NCBI RefSeq assembly: GCF_000143415.4
Contig: NW_003314432.1
Location: 1 to 64,000, forward strand
DNA: 64,000 nucleotides
Reading direction: 5' to 3'
DNA from: Selaginella moellendorffii
Taxonomy: Eukaryota > Plantae > Lycopodiophyta
The translations under genes and the position numbers were made by a program. This document shows, piece after piece, positions 12,459 to 25,437 of this stretch (its first letter is position 1; each line of letters begins with the position of its first letter). The notes beneath the pieces are model-generated. The model was not told where the DNA came from and ran no database searches. It saw only the letters and a list, made by a program, of their open reading frames with translations.

Positions 12459-14119
12459 CTAAATAGAAGACAAGTGCTTGAGGTTGTACATATCGAAGTA
12501 CAAACCAAAGAAGCAGATCAATGGATCTCCCCACGACACGTCAATCAGCAGTCGAATGAGCGAGCAGCACATACTTGATCCTCTTTCAGTCGATCCACTT
12601 TCCTGTAACCAATGGTGCTACCGTTGCTCACCAGGTACCAGCCCAGCTCGCTGTCGCATGCCTCGACGAGATATTCCATGACCCTTTGTCCCATGTTTAC
12701 TGGCTCTCGGATCTCCAGTGTGTTGAACTTTGAGACCTTGCCAAGATCAAGCTCGATCCAGCCGGTCGACTCCCCTTGCATTGGAGCCCAGAAAGTTTCC
12801 ATACACTCGTCAAGGATTTGCTTCGGCCCGAATGAAGAGCTGCGAACGCTGCTTGCTGTCACGGACAAGGCATTCGCTGCTAATTGACGCTGAAGATGGA
12901 ATCTATGGCGGAGCTAAACCGCTCCAGCGTCTGGAAGTCGGATTCGTCAATCAGTCCCGACGAGTTTGGAGGGACGTTGAGCAGGAGCAAGCAGTTCCTG
13001 GCGGATGATTTGTAGAAAACGTCGAGCAGCTGCTCCAGGGATTTTGGAGCCTCGTTCCTGTGCCAAAACCAACCGGGCCTGATGGAGATATCGCACTCCA
13101 GAGGGAGCCAGTCGGTTCCAGCACTCTCTCCAGACATCAAGTACCTGTCGATGTTGCGAATTGGATCGAGTTTCATGAGAACGAAAGTCTCATGGAAGGA
13201 TGGATTTTACGTACTGGCCATCGCTCCTGCCGATCGTAATGGAAGATCTGTTCGCCATCGCCCAGCATGGTTGTCCGGCCTCGCCATACTCGTTCCCAAC
13301 CCATTGGATGTCGGGGCCAGCGTCGGAAAAGATGTTGGCACCGCGGATGAATCGTGTCAAACCAGAGCTCAAAATCGTAGCTCATGTTCACTGCAGTGGG
13401 TGATTTCGCACCATCCAGCCACACCTCGGAGATCGGCCCATATCTGCACGCCGAAACAAAATGCCGCGTCAAGGCATCTGCTGCTAGAGATGAAAACTAC
13501 AAAAGCCCACAGGCTCGCGAGCTCCTAATGCTAAAACCGTTCGATGGGCTGGAGCAAATGCAAACATATCACACAGTGACCATGCCACCAAGAAAAATGC
13601 GTGAAGAAGAAGCAAAGAATGTCTCACTCACCCAGTAAGAAGCTCTCGGAGCTGAGCCAAGTAGAACTCGTTGTAGAGAAGAGTGTCGCCATAGCAGCTC
13701 TCGTGCAAATCCCATGGCGAGAGGTAAAAGCCACATCCACGTCCAATCCACGCTACCACATCCCCCTTCCCTCCTCACGCTAGCCACGGAGAAATTGGTG
13801 TAGGCCGAGGGCCACAGGCAGAACCCGTCGTGGTGATTGACCGTGAGGATCACGAGCTGCGCGCCCGCGGATTGAGCCGCGTCCATCCACTGCGACGCAT
13901 TAGATCGCTCCGGGTTGAAGATGGAGGGCGATTCGTGGCCGGATCCACGCTCCGAGTCCGTGAATGTGTTGACGCCGAAGTGGAAGAGCGGCGCGAGTTG
14001 AACTGGAGCTGGCGCCATGAGGGAATTGGGCGGAGAGGGAGCGGTGGGGGCGAATTTAGGGCGACAGCTCTCAAGAACACTAGTATCTCGAGGAGCAAGA
14101 AAGAGAGATGGAAATTCAT
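12459..14119 (-). pseudogene. FUC1: alpha-L-fucosidase (GH29, FUC1-like), frameshifted
   Basis: Signal peptide plus PPPLPLRPIPSWRQLQ; HFGVNTFTDSE..G.ESPSIFNP; VILTVNHHDGFCLWPS; YGPISEVWLDGAK; IFSDAGPDIQWVGNE; WLPLECDISIRPGWFWH; RNCLLLLNVPPNSSGLI; C-terminal F5/8-like IREPVNMGQRV. Several in-exon frameshifts and deletions. Confidence 0.92.
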
Positions 14120-14340
14120 TGCTATAGAGAATGGAGGAGAGAGCCAATCTTATAAGCCCAGTGGAGTAGAGGAATTCTCACCAGAGAGTAAAATCTTTGC
14201 TTCTTCCAGGGTGTCCTTGTTCTTGCAAGGCAAGATGGATTATCTTCTTCTTCTTAGCCGTGATCTCCAAGCTAGATTGGAATGTTCTTTCTCCGTCCAG
14301 GATTCTCGGATTCTTGCAAGGAATACCTCGCGAATCGCGA

Positions 14341-14650
14341 ATGGCAAAGTTTATGGCATTGCTCTTCCCCAATTTCGTGATTTCCACAGACACCTCAGAG
14401 GATTGCTTGCTCTCCTGGGGAGCACTGCTCAAGAACTGCCGGGATCTGTCACAGGGGAGGCAAATCCACGCCCGCATTGCGCAGAGCGAGCACCACCGCA
14501 ACAAATACCTCGCAAATCTGCAAATGCGGCAGCGTCGATGACGCCCATGCAATCTTCGAATCCATAGAGAATCCTAAGCTCTTCTCCTCCAACATCATGA
14601 TCCAGGCCTACGCACAGGCGAAATATCGAGCGCGCAGAACGTTCGATGGG
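14341..14650 (+). pseudogene. 5' fragment of a PLS-PPR gene
   Basis: WGALLKNCRDLSQGRQIHARI..RNKYLANL, frameshift, KCGSVDDAHAIFESIENPKLFSSNIMIQAYAQ. Cut off and fused into a SEC16 intron. Confidence 0.85.
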
Positions 14651-16672
14651 ATGCTTTTATCAAGCTACTCTCTTGCTTAAGGAGTGCATGTTGACTTGCA
14701 GGACGCAGTAGAAGGAATGCTCGAAGAATGGCAGGAAAACCTGGCTATAATGGCAGCTAACCGAACTAATGCGGATGAGAGAGTGATTATGCATCTTGGT
14801 GATTGTCTCTGGAGACATCGAGATGAGGTATATACATGGTCACACTTTGATGTTTCTCATAGTTTTAACTTGCAGATATGTGGAGCCCATATTTGCTATC
14901 TTGTTGCAAATGCTAGTTTTGAGCCTTTCTCCCCTTCTACCAGACTTTGTCTTATAGGTGCCGACCATTGTAAGTATCCACGCACGTACACTAGTCCAGA
15001 AGCTATCCAGGTAAGCCGTGTTTGTCCTCAATAACAATTGTTAACCTTTTCTTCATCAGCGAATGGAAGTGTACGAAGAGTGACCGGCAATTCCCAATTT
15101 ATTTTACTTCCTTTTCAGCCATACAATTTATGCATCGATAAACGAAGCTTTAGGTTGGTAGTGATTTTTAACTGTATCCTTAAGGTTTCTCTTCGAAGGT
15201 ATTGCCAAGCGGTGTTGAAAACATTGAAAACAGTGGGCCATGCAGCTTATGTGTGCAAAGAAGCGGCTGTAGCCTTGGAAGAGCGTTTTCGTATCCACTC
15301 TCAGGTTTGTAATCGGACACTTGGCTTTTATACTCACTTTCCTGTTATCCAGGGAGGCTTGACGTCAATTGTGCAACAGTTTTTTGGCAATATTGGTCTA
15401 CACAAGATGATAGGCCCTTCTTCCCCGAAAGCTTCTGATAATGCTGATATTAATAACCGTCTCACAACAACTTCTAGCAGAAGCAGTGTATCACTTGCCT
15501 CGTGGGCATCAATAAGTGATAATATGAGAAGATCCAACATGCCAGCAAGAAGCATTTCTGAGCCTGACTTTAGGCCTGCACAGGTAACTCGACTTGCTCT
15601 TGTGTACCTCCGATAAGACTTGTATTCTTTCATCAGATCGTTAGTCCAGCAAAAGGAACACCAAACAGAGGCATCTTTACTTCTTTCGTGCAAAGAGCGA
15701 TGGGCTTCATAAAAACACCTTCAAAGGAGGTTTGTAGAAGCTTTGGAAAGAGCGCTAGCTGATTGATGGTTGGTACGTGATGCAGGCAAAGCTTGGCGAC
15801 AGCAACAAGCTTAGATACGACGAGACACTGAAGCGCTGGGTTGAAGAAGGAGCCGAGGCACAAGCGCCAGAGCTTCCATTGGCTCCTCCTCCCACGGCAA
15901 ACAAGCTCGTCTCGTGCGTGGAGGAGAACGGCACTCCTATTTCCATGTCTCCGGAGAGACCACAGCCAACTCCGGAAAGGCCGCAACCGGTTGTGAGTGG
16001 AATCCCACCAATGCCTCCGAGCAGTAACCAGTACGCAGCTCGCACACGTCAAAACGTTAGATCAAGGTACCGTTTTGGTCATTCCCAGCACTCCAATCTC
16101 ACGAGGTTTTTGCAGATATGTCGATACATTTCAACAAAGGTAGCATAACACCATCCAAGACATCATCTGACTCTCCTCCACTGTTTGGCGTGGTGCCAAA
16201 GGCAAGCGCAAAGCCTTTGGCTCCAGCGAGATTTTTCGTGCCTGCGGCCGCTGCTGCCGCTGCTCCAGATATCAACAGCAACCATTCGGTGGATCCTTCC
16301 TCGGCACTGGCCTTTGTCCCCGACATGGCATTCTCAAACGGGAATGGACCGTTTGCAGCAGCAGCATTCGCTCAGCCGGTTGTACAGGATATGAGAAGTG
16401 ATCCAGGGCCAACGCCTGATCATCTCTCGAGCAGCTCTTTGCCAGCAATGTTCTATTCGAATCACTATCCAGCAGCACCGTTGACCGTCTCGTTGCCGCC
16501 ACCTCCAACTCTGGAAGTCACTCCGCCAGTGATGGTCGAGCAGCAGCAGCAAAACCAACACCAGGAAAGTTCGATTCATGGGCACCACCATCAATAGTCC
16601 GGCACAGTGGGATTCGAAGCTGCCAGTTCCTCCGGAGTGTTTGGAGACGACTTGCAAGAGGTGGAATTGTAA
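14651..16672 (+). pseudogene. SEC16: SEC16 (COPII scaffold, MAG5-like), 3' half with introns and lesions (copy 2 of 3)
   Basis: MLEEWQENLAIMAANRT..VIMHLGDCLW; AHICYLVA..RLCLIGADH..SPEAIQ; GNSQFILLPFQPY; YCQAVLKTLK; RSISEPDF; QAKLGDSNKLRYDETLKRWVEEG; IPPMPPSSNQY..VRSRY-VDTFNKG; ends DDLQEVEL* (TAA 16670-16672). The 5' half is missing and there are deletions near 15070 and 15130. Confidence 0.92.
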
Positions 16673-18463
16673 ATCACACTCCACAAGTAGTAGTAACTGT
16701 TGCTGGGTGGATTTTGGTAGAGCAGTGTAGCGAAGTAGTAGTCGTGGAAGGAGGAATTTTTTTTGGCTGGGGTGATTCTTTGGAGCCACGAGCGAAGCGA
16801 GGAAGCAAGATAAATAAAATGGATCAAACAATATAATTCAGGAATTAATTTCTATAAAACAATGAAATTTAAAATGAAAACGGTAAAATATAACATAGAA
16901 TATAAATAGAATAAAATAGAGTAATAAACTACAACATATGCAACATATACTCTTCAATAATAAATTTCAAGCCCATTATATAATCTTGTAAATAAAATTT
17001 CGAAAAATACTAAAAAAATTCTAGTTATCTCATTGTTTGAAAAAACTTTTTCTGGAGTCTCTTCTTGAACTATAGGACAACATTAAATATCTGTACTACA
17101 TTATTTAATAATCCTGCCTAAATTCAAACAAAACTGATACATGCTATTAGTATCATAACACTACCCTATTGTCAAGCTTGCATTTCAAATTTTCCCCCTC
17201 TTAGCTTTATGGTTTTTTCTTAGGTTTTATTATTTGGGTTCTCTATGGATCACATCTTAGGAGGCATTTTTCCTTCCTCTCTAGCACATCCTAAGCACAT
17301 ATCTCTCTCACACTGTTTTGGTTTGTTTATGGCCATGGTAAGTTTTTCTTTCCTCAAAACATATGGTTTCCATTATTATAAAGAATAAACATTCATATTT
17401 TAGTATTGCTTGGCGTGAGACTATATGATAGTGTAGTGTATTTACAAGAGAGTCATCCCATACTTGTCTATAGGCATGAGAGCACATGCCTAGAAATCTT
17501 AAAACAAAAGAACAAAGATTTACAAGAGAGAGTCATCCAAAACTGGTCTATAGGTGTACAAGTGCATGCCAATAAGTCTCAAGCTTCTTTGGAGAAACTC
17601 AAATTTGAGTTTGGCTAGGCATGAGCCCACACGCTAGCTTAAAAAAGCAAGAGACCATGAGAGAGAGTGTTAGAAATCCTTACATTTTTTAAGAATGAGT
17701 GTGAGACCATGCTTGTTCAAAGTTAAGTAACCCCCATGTCTCTAGTCATTTTACAAACTTGCACTTACTGATCTGTTTCTCTCTTAATTTGACTTTGGTT
17801 TATTGTGAGCTCATATTCTTTCATCAATACATTAAATTGGGTCTTTAGCATGCAAGTGAATGCTGGAAATTCTTTGACTTTGTGTGTGCTTATTTTATGC
17901 ATTTTTTATTATTTTTGCTACATATTTTCATGTTTTGTTTTCTCATATTCACAAAAGGAGCATTGTTTTTTAATTTGCTATTTTCTTGTTTTTTTTTATA
18001 CTTTTTTCCTTTTATTTGTGTTTTGATATTTGTAATTTTCTTTGTTTTTTTCAAGTTGTTAAAAGGAGATGTAGTAGAGATTTATTTGGGATAATGGAGA
18101 ATCAATTGCAAAAGGAAGAATAGAATCTATGATGCTACTTGCATTTGTCATTATGCTTCTTTAAGAGTTAGATGTGTTTTGCTTTGCATTATTAAGGTGT
18201 TTAACTTGAATTACTCCCCCCTTACAGGTGAGTTGGATGTTAGTGGGTTTTCTATATAGAAGCAAAATCACCTGATGTCTCCAATAGAGATATTTCCTAC
18301 CAAAATCTCTTAGGGAAATACAATTGGAACATAAAGGAATAATGATGAAGGTGTTATTCCACAAAAGATAGAGAGTAAAAATATTTCCAAAGGCAAGAAT
18401 ATCCCTAATTTTGCTTATTTTTCTATAGATATAAATGCTTATAGTATATGGTATAAAGCTCTT

Positions 18464-18660
18464 GTGAAGATAGTGAATGCTATATATGCAGTTGTGGCTA
18501 AGGGACTAGTTATTGTTGTAGACCCTCAAGATGCTCTACACAACATAACTTTAGGGTGGGATTATATTGGAATTTCAATCTCTTCTTTTGTTGATGTTTT
18601 AAGTAAGTTGGAAATAGGTAGTCTAGTTAGATGGAAACTATCCCAAACTCTTTTTGGTAA
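18464..18660 (+). mobile_element. possible CACTA (En/Spm) TNP1-like ORF2 fragment
   Basis: VVAKGLVIVVDPQDALHNITLGWDYIGISI...IGSLVRW resembles the VA.G....DP....H...LG.D....I / G..V.W pattern of Transposase_23-type domains. No termini found. Confidence 0.45.
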
Positions 18661-19369
18661 TAGTATACCATCTACTATACTAATAAGCACTTGCATTTCT
18701 TCTTCACATTATTGAATATGAAAATATATATTTATCATATGAGCTATTAAGAAGCAACCAAGCAAATAGAAATCAAATACTAAGGATTTAACAAGTGGAG
18801 GTCCCTTGGGGACAATGGGGAATAGAAATAATAATTAATCAAAGCATGAATAGTGATCGAAGATAAAAAATACAAGAATCAAGAATCTAGAAACATGTAT
18901 CAACAACAACCTTGAGGACAACAACACTTAGAATACAACCACTACTCAGCTCAAACTTTTTGAACATCACCATCAATTGGAAAATGCGGACACTCATAAT
19001 GAGGACATACATGACTTTATACAACACAATTAGAGGTAGACTACAATTACTTTACAACAATTTAACACAATAAGAACTCGTAAAAAGAGTAACCATAATA
19101 TGCACTCCTGTTTGATCTCGAAGTTGGCGAGCAATGACATTGTTGAAAACTGATCAACTTTACCGAGCTGAGTACAACGTAGCAACATAAATACTAATAC
19201 ATAAGATCGTGTTAGTTTACACCACATGATTCTATAACAACACAACATATCCTCGAGAAGAACACAACAAACCAAAGACAACAACAACAAAACCCGGAAA
19301 GCAAATTCAAAAAAATGATAACTCAAAAAAACTCTAGCACAACATCGAATGTACAAATACAATCCTGAT

Positions 19370-20505
19370 TATCGCAAATGTGACTTCGGGTATCAAAAGT
19401 TACCTATTGGCTAGTCCTTTCGGATATTCTTTCTTTACTACCACGACAGCAGGAGGTCGGTATTGTTAAGCTTGTTATCAATTCCCACTTGAGCTAGTTG
19501 AGAAACTGGTTAATGACTGTGCACTTAAATCAGATAAACATAAGGTAGGAACCCTATGTGTTTCTTGCTGAGCATATTCAACCTGGTTTGAGAAAATCCT
19601 GTCATTGGCTTGCACTTACTAGTATCAAAAACCCCTGCGATATCGAGATTGGTCCTTCAATATTCGCTAGATGATAGCTTACCGTGTCTACCAAACACCC
19701 TTGCTATCATGCCCTTTTGTGTTAATCTCATTTCAGTCCCAAATGCTATTTATGGAAAGTGTTTAGATTTGCTCATTTGGCACATCTACAGAATGTAGAG
19801 ATTGTCCTGAACACAATGGTGTTTGTCCCGTGCCTAAATTCACAATCTAGGGACATTCCATATTTAATAAATTTCAAACTTGTCCCAGAGATTAACTCTT
19901 GATAATAAGGGAGGCTTGGGGTGAAAGCCCAAAGCGTATGTTCCTTAAGGGGGGGGGGGGGGGTTTTTGTTTTTTTCCCCAAAATATAAAAAATTTTACA
20001 GGGGGGGGGGGGGGGGGNNNNNNNNNNNNNNNNNNNNNNNNNNNNNNNNNNNNNNNNNNNNNNNNNNNNNNNNNNNNNNNNNNNNNNNNNNNNNNNNNNN
20101 NNNNNNNNNNNNNNNNNGTACCCATATCCTTGCATTAGGCCATAAGTATGCTGAAATAGTGCCAGACTCCGTTTAGCTTTGTTTTGCGTGTTGGTTTTGG
20201 CATTGGGATGCTAGTTACTCTAGGACTGCTTCCAAGTTGCTTCATGCTCTTGTCCCTTTGCTCCTTAGGCTCTATACTCGAAAGTTGCTCTGTGGTCTGG
20301 TTCCGCCACTCCTTGGCTCCATGCTTAGGAGTTTGGCTCCGTACCTTCGTTCAATGGCCCAAAGCCTTGAAACTCAGGTTCCACACCATTGTCCTTGGAC
20401 ATGTGGTATGTGTCACATGGCATAAAGAGGGTTTAGGTTCCACTTCGTGGTGTTATCCTATGGTAAATCACCATATTATAAAGGGTCAAAACCACATGCA
20501 CTACA
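19370..20505 (+). repeat. 5' LTR (contains a 100-N gap at 20018-20117)
   Basis: TATCGCAAATGTGACTTCGGG...CACATGCACTACA, collinear with 25438-26527, differing mostly by transitions. Confidence 0.93.
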
Positions 20506-20507
20506 TT

Positions 20508-20519
20508 TGGTATCAAAGC
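20508..20519 (+). promoter_or_regulatory. primer-binding site (tRNA-iMet)
   Basis: TGGTATCAAAGC vs canonical TGGTATCAGAGC, 2 nt after the LTR-terminal CA. Confidence 0.85.
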
Positions 20520-23500
20520 ATGAGTCTCGGCGAGTACTATCCAATGAGATTGGGCAATTAGTCTTGTTATATATGCAGAGATGAAAATGATGATCCGAGT
20601 GGGTACGCGTTTGGGTGTAAAGACTTTGCAATCGTTCCTTATAGATGTGGTTACTTTTTGTACTATAGTATGTGAGCTTGCTCTTGGGCTCATAAGAGGA
20701 ATTGAGTTATACCGTTTGCACGAGTTTTCACTTGGGCTCATAAGTGAGGCACATTAGCAACTCAAGTTTACACTTTGAGTTGGTAAGATTAATATTAGCC
20801 TATCGGTGGTTCCATGAGTTGTTCTAGTGGTTCTATGAGTTGTTCCATGTACCATGGGTGAAAGTAAACCTTCCCTAGGTTTGCTATGAGTGGCAAATAG
20901 GTTAGTCAGTAGCTATTTAGCATGGCACTGGTGGATCCTTCCTAAGCATGATTACAAGTGGATCAATGAAAACTATAGGGATGAGTCTATTGATTCAAGT
21001 AATCATTGTTGTGCTCTCTCATAAACTTTTTCTTGGATTGGACTGAAGACAGTGGAAAAGCAAACTTGAGGTTTGGTCAAAAATGAGACCGAAAAGAGAG
21101 TTGTCAGGAACGAAGGATCAAATACATAAATTATTTTCTTTTCTTGGAGAGATAATCTGCAACGAGGTGTTTTAACTCATTGCCTATGTTCACATCATGT
21201 AATCAAGAGTCCCTATCTTGATGCATGTTAGAGATGATGGTCTTGCAAGTGGTGAATCGTGGGATGGATAACGGTGAAGTGCTAAACTATTTCGTCTAGG
21301 CTTGCTATTGGAAGACTTGAGTTACAATGCTCAATTCTTTTCCGGGGAACTTTGCTATTGCTCCTTGAGTAGCTTGGTGTTGGATTATTTTTTAGTTTAG
21401 TCAGAAAGAGAGTGGCATGAGTTTGTTCATGTTGTGAACAAAAGTTAGTGGTATTTGGTGTTGTAAATTTCTATTGATGGAGTGTGGCATTTATGTTGCA
21501 TTTATGTTGCATTTTTCGAATTGAGTTGACATTTGATACTATAAACGTTTGAAGTAGTGACATAGGCATTGCTCGTGGTGTTGCTCAATTGATGATCAAG
21601 TCATTGTGATACTTATATCATATCTAAGTGATAGTGAGTAATGTGTTTATGAAATTGCTTGGTTAAATGATGATCAACTCTAAAGCGGTTGATAGAGAAG
21701 CTAGTCTACTTGCAAGTACTAGCATTGTAGTATCTTTGACTTGATTCTTGGTGGTGGTCCATTATGTTAAGCTTAAGTTGGTACTTTGTTTCCTTGAGGG
21801 TATGCCCATAAGGTGTTGAAAAGGGTTATAGCATTCATTTGCTATAACTCATTCGTTGTTCCTTTAGCACTTGGAGTAAATTGTTGGATGGAGAAAGCGT
21901 GTAGTTGAGGTATTGACATCACTAGCATTTGTGTTAGTGGAAGTGGCATTGTTGTTCGAGTGATGAGGAATTTCCTTTAGACCTTGAATTTTCATGTGAT
22001 TTTTTTTGTTAGTGTTTGAGCTTCACATTGGATTTTGAAAGTGGCTGAAGAAGAGTGTTAGTGTAATGTGGATATCCAATGATGTGGTCTTCATGATCAA
22101 GCCTTGGATGTTCATTTTGCATTTTACGGATATTAGTGTTAGATATTGAAAAAATGGGCAAAGATGTTTGATGCTTAGACATATTATGGGTCATGAGAAT
22201 TTATGTTGAGGTGAACCTATGTGAAGTTGTTAATAGAAGGAAGTTGGTTGAGTCTTGAAAGTTGGCATTTCTAGACTGAGAGTCATTCTTTCTCTAGGAT
22301 GGAAATTTTTCACAAATTTTCTTAGACTTTTCCAATAGTTAATTTGTTGATCACCTTACTTGAAAACCATTCTGTTTTTGTAAGCCAATACAAACTAGTG
22401 AAGGGGTTGGAGTTGACTTTGGTTAGTTTAGACTTTAGTAGGTAGTTTGTATGATGCAACTCGAAAAAGATGTTGACTTTTGAGGCTAAGGCAATTGAGT
22501 TGAATAGAGTTTGGAGTTGGTGTAAAAAGTGGCCGTTACGCTTTTCTAAAAAGGTGACCCTTGTGCCTTTCTTCTGTAGTGTTATGCTCGGTGGCAGGTT
22601 GCACTTTGCATTTTGTTAGACTTTATGAGAGTAGTGAGCTCTCACTAATCTTGATTTGTTCTTGGTAGCTTTATGCCTTGGCTGAGGATAGTGCTATCCA
22701 ACTTAGTTGTTTGCAGTTGAGATGTTGGTACCCATACTATAACTTTGTTTATGAGGAGGTTGTGTACCGATATGAGTCCATTTCGTAGTCTTCACATTAG
22801 TTTTGACTAAGTGTTGATTACGCATAGCTAGACTCTTCAAGGCATGCTTAGAGCTATTGACTAGATGTGTTGGTAAGCTTATTGCAGTTGAGTTGGATTA
22901 GAGTAGTCATATGGTTTGTGCTTGTCCATGAACTTTTATTTCATACTTGAGGTATCACGTTCATGCTAGACAAGTATATGACTCAATGGCATGAGTTTAG
23001 TGTTAGGTCTTGTGAAGGCAAGTTGAAGAGTGATTATTGGTTGCTTTGCAACTAGTGATTGTTTGCAAACTTTGTCAAGGACTATTTGACACTTGCCTCA
23101 CTCAATAATGATTTAGCAATGATGGGCTTGCTTTACCGAATGGTGTTGTGGAAGATCGTGTTGTTAGACTTATATGGGTTTTCCATATTAGCATGTCGAC
23201 TCTACCTCTGTCAATGAAGTGTTATCTGTAGCTGAGTATTGTTGAAGAATTGGTCTCAGATACTAACTAAGGTATCTTCGACTGTGGTTAGCTTGATTGC
23301 TAGAGAGTTTTGAGTGGTGATTCACTCTTACTTTCTTCTAGCTTTGTTATGGTGTTGATGGCATTGAAATAATGCCTTGTTGTTGACATTATTGATGTTG
23401 AGATTCGAGTGAAATGAGATGTCTCTCCTTAGGATTGATATTGAGTTTTATTAGTCTCAATGAAAATAGTGTTGATGATTTAGTTATGGTTTTGTGTTAT

Positions 23501-25437
23501 TGGCATTCATGCATTTGCTAGTTAGCAACTATGTTAGTGTTCAAACGAGTTGAGTGGCAAGTTTGAGTTAATTGTGTTCTAGACGAGATTATTTAGTAGA
23601 GGTTGAGCTTTGGTTTTTCCTTGAAAGGTGATTCAGTTGTGAACTATGTTAGCCTTACGAGAGAAAGAGTTAGTGATTGATATTAGAATATTTGAGTCCT
23701 TATTGGATTTGAATTGGGATAAATCAATCATTGATAATTTTTCTTATGTTTGTTATGAAGTGAGTTATGTCCTACTAAAGATGGATTCATGGAGGATTGT
23801 TTAGTGATCACTTGTTGAGCATAACTTCATTGTGCTTAGTTTTTGCATTGATGCAAATATGCTCTTTATTAGCTTTAGCATTATAGAGTTTGGATTATGG
23901 ATATGTTGAGGAGGATATTGTGGGTCGTACCATGATTTCTTCTTTAGCATTAAAGTTAATTCATGCAAAACTCGTGATCATTGTTAGACAAGACTTGGCT
24001 ATAGGCTTCTTTAAGCTTTTGGTTCTTTGAGTTTTATGCTCATTTTTTCATTTGTTAAGGGTTGTTGGGAAAGGCATTTTGGCTCATTAACTTCAATGTT
24101 AAAGTTGGCTCTTTCATTTAGCAATCATTAGTGATGATTGACTATCATCTAGGATAGTTGATTATCCTTGTCAAAAGGTTTTGCTTGATTATTATTGATA
24201 TAGAATGATTTGTTGTTCTTCGGGATGGTGGATTTCTTCTTTGACAATGATTATGCATATCTTTTATTGATGGGATAATTGATGATCTTTCATAATGGTT
24301 AGTTGTTCTCTTTGATGGCTTTTGGTTTTTCGCAATACCACATATTCTTTGTGGTTTGCTCTGGAATGGTCTTTTGAGTTTGAGACATCAGTAAAATGTT
24401 GCTAACACTTGCTTAAACAACTTAAGTTCCTTGGTGTTATTTGCTAGGATTTATTCAAATTGGCTAGTGTGATAGTTAGCATGAACAAGTGTTTGTTGGT
24501 CTTGCCACATTCATTCTATTCTATTGGTTATTGCTTGAGTTAATTTCGATAGATTAGAATGTTATTTCCTTTGAGTAATACATTCGTGAGCATCTTGCTT
24601 GCTAGCCAATGATACTTTGTGTTTTTTGAGTTAATTTTCGTAAGTTGTTTGGCATTCTATCTGCAATCTTTGATAGTTAAATTTTATCATTGAGTTTTCT
24701 TGATGATACACTGACTATTGAATTTTGTTGGATGGTGAATCCTGTGTTTACTGATTATGATGATCTTAGTGGTTCATGTACTATATTACTGGTTTATCGG
24801 ATGATAACTTAATTGGAATACTTTTATGTTCTAATCTAAGATCTAATCACTGATACTTACTTCTCTAAAATATCATTGTTTTTGATTTTGATATTGTCCA
24901 TCTATTAATTTTTAAATTTGGGCTAGTATAGGCAGACTAGCTTGGGCACTTCGTATGCATGGTGAAATCTCTAGTTATGGTACTATCGACTAGTCACATC
25001 ACCTACCTCTCTGTCAATGTTCCTTATTCCGTTCAAAGGGCATCACCATGTAAACAACTCTAATTTCCTATTTACAGTAGTCCATCTAAACCTTATTGAC
25101 GGGTTTAGTTTCTTTGCTCATGAGGGTTGGGGCCTCTGGCTCCTCTCTCTATGTCTCTGCAGGTAGAGGTGTATCACACTTTTGTAAGCTGGGTGACACC
25201 CAGAGCAGCAGGGGTGGCTAACTCTATTGGTCATTTCCTTATCGGTGACGGCCGGAAGGTGTCTGAGCTAGTAGTGCATCTGCGTTAGACAAAGAGGTTC
25301 CCTCCTAACTCATTTAAGTTGGTGCATTTCTCATATAGTGTGAATACTATGAACTTTTTCTGGAGTTGTTTCTTTGGTGGTATTCTAGACTCAAGTATAC
25401 ATCAACGAGGATGTCAATCTTCTCTAGGGGGGGAGAG

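Noticed and set aside
17805-18094. Phe-rich membrane-protein ORFs
   Set aside because: Low-complexity T-rich sequence.
19949-20117. Poly-G tracts as a possible G-quadruplex or special element
   Set aside because: They abut a gap and disagree with the intact partner LTR (25980-26140); probably low-quality read ends.
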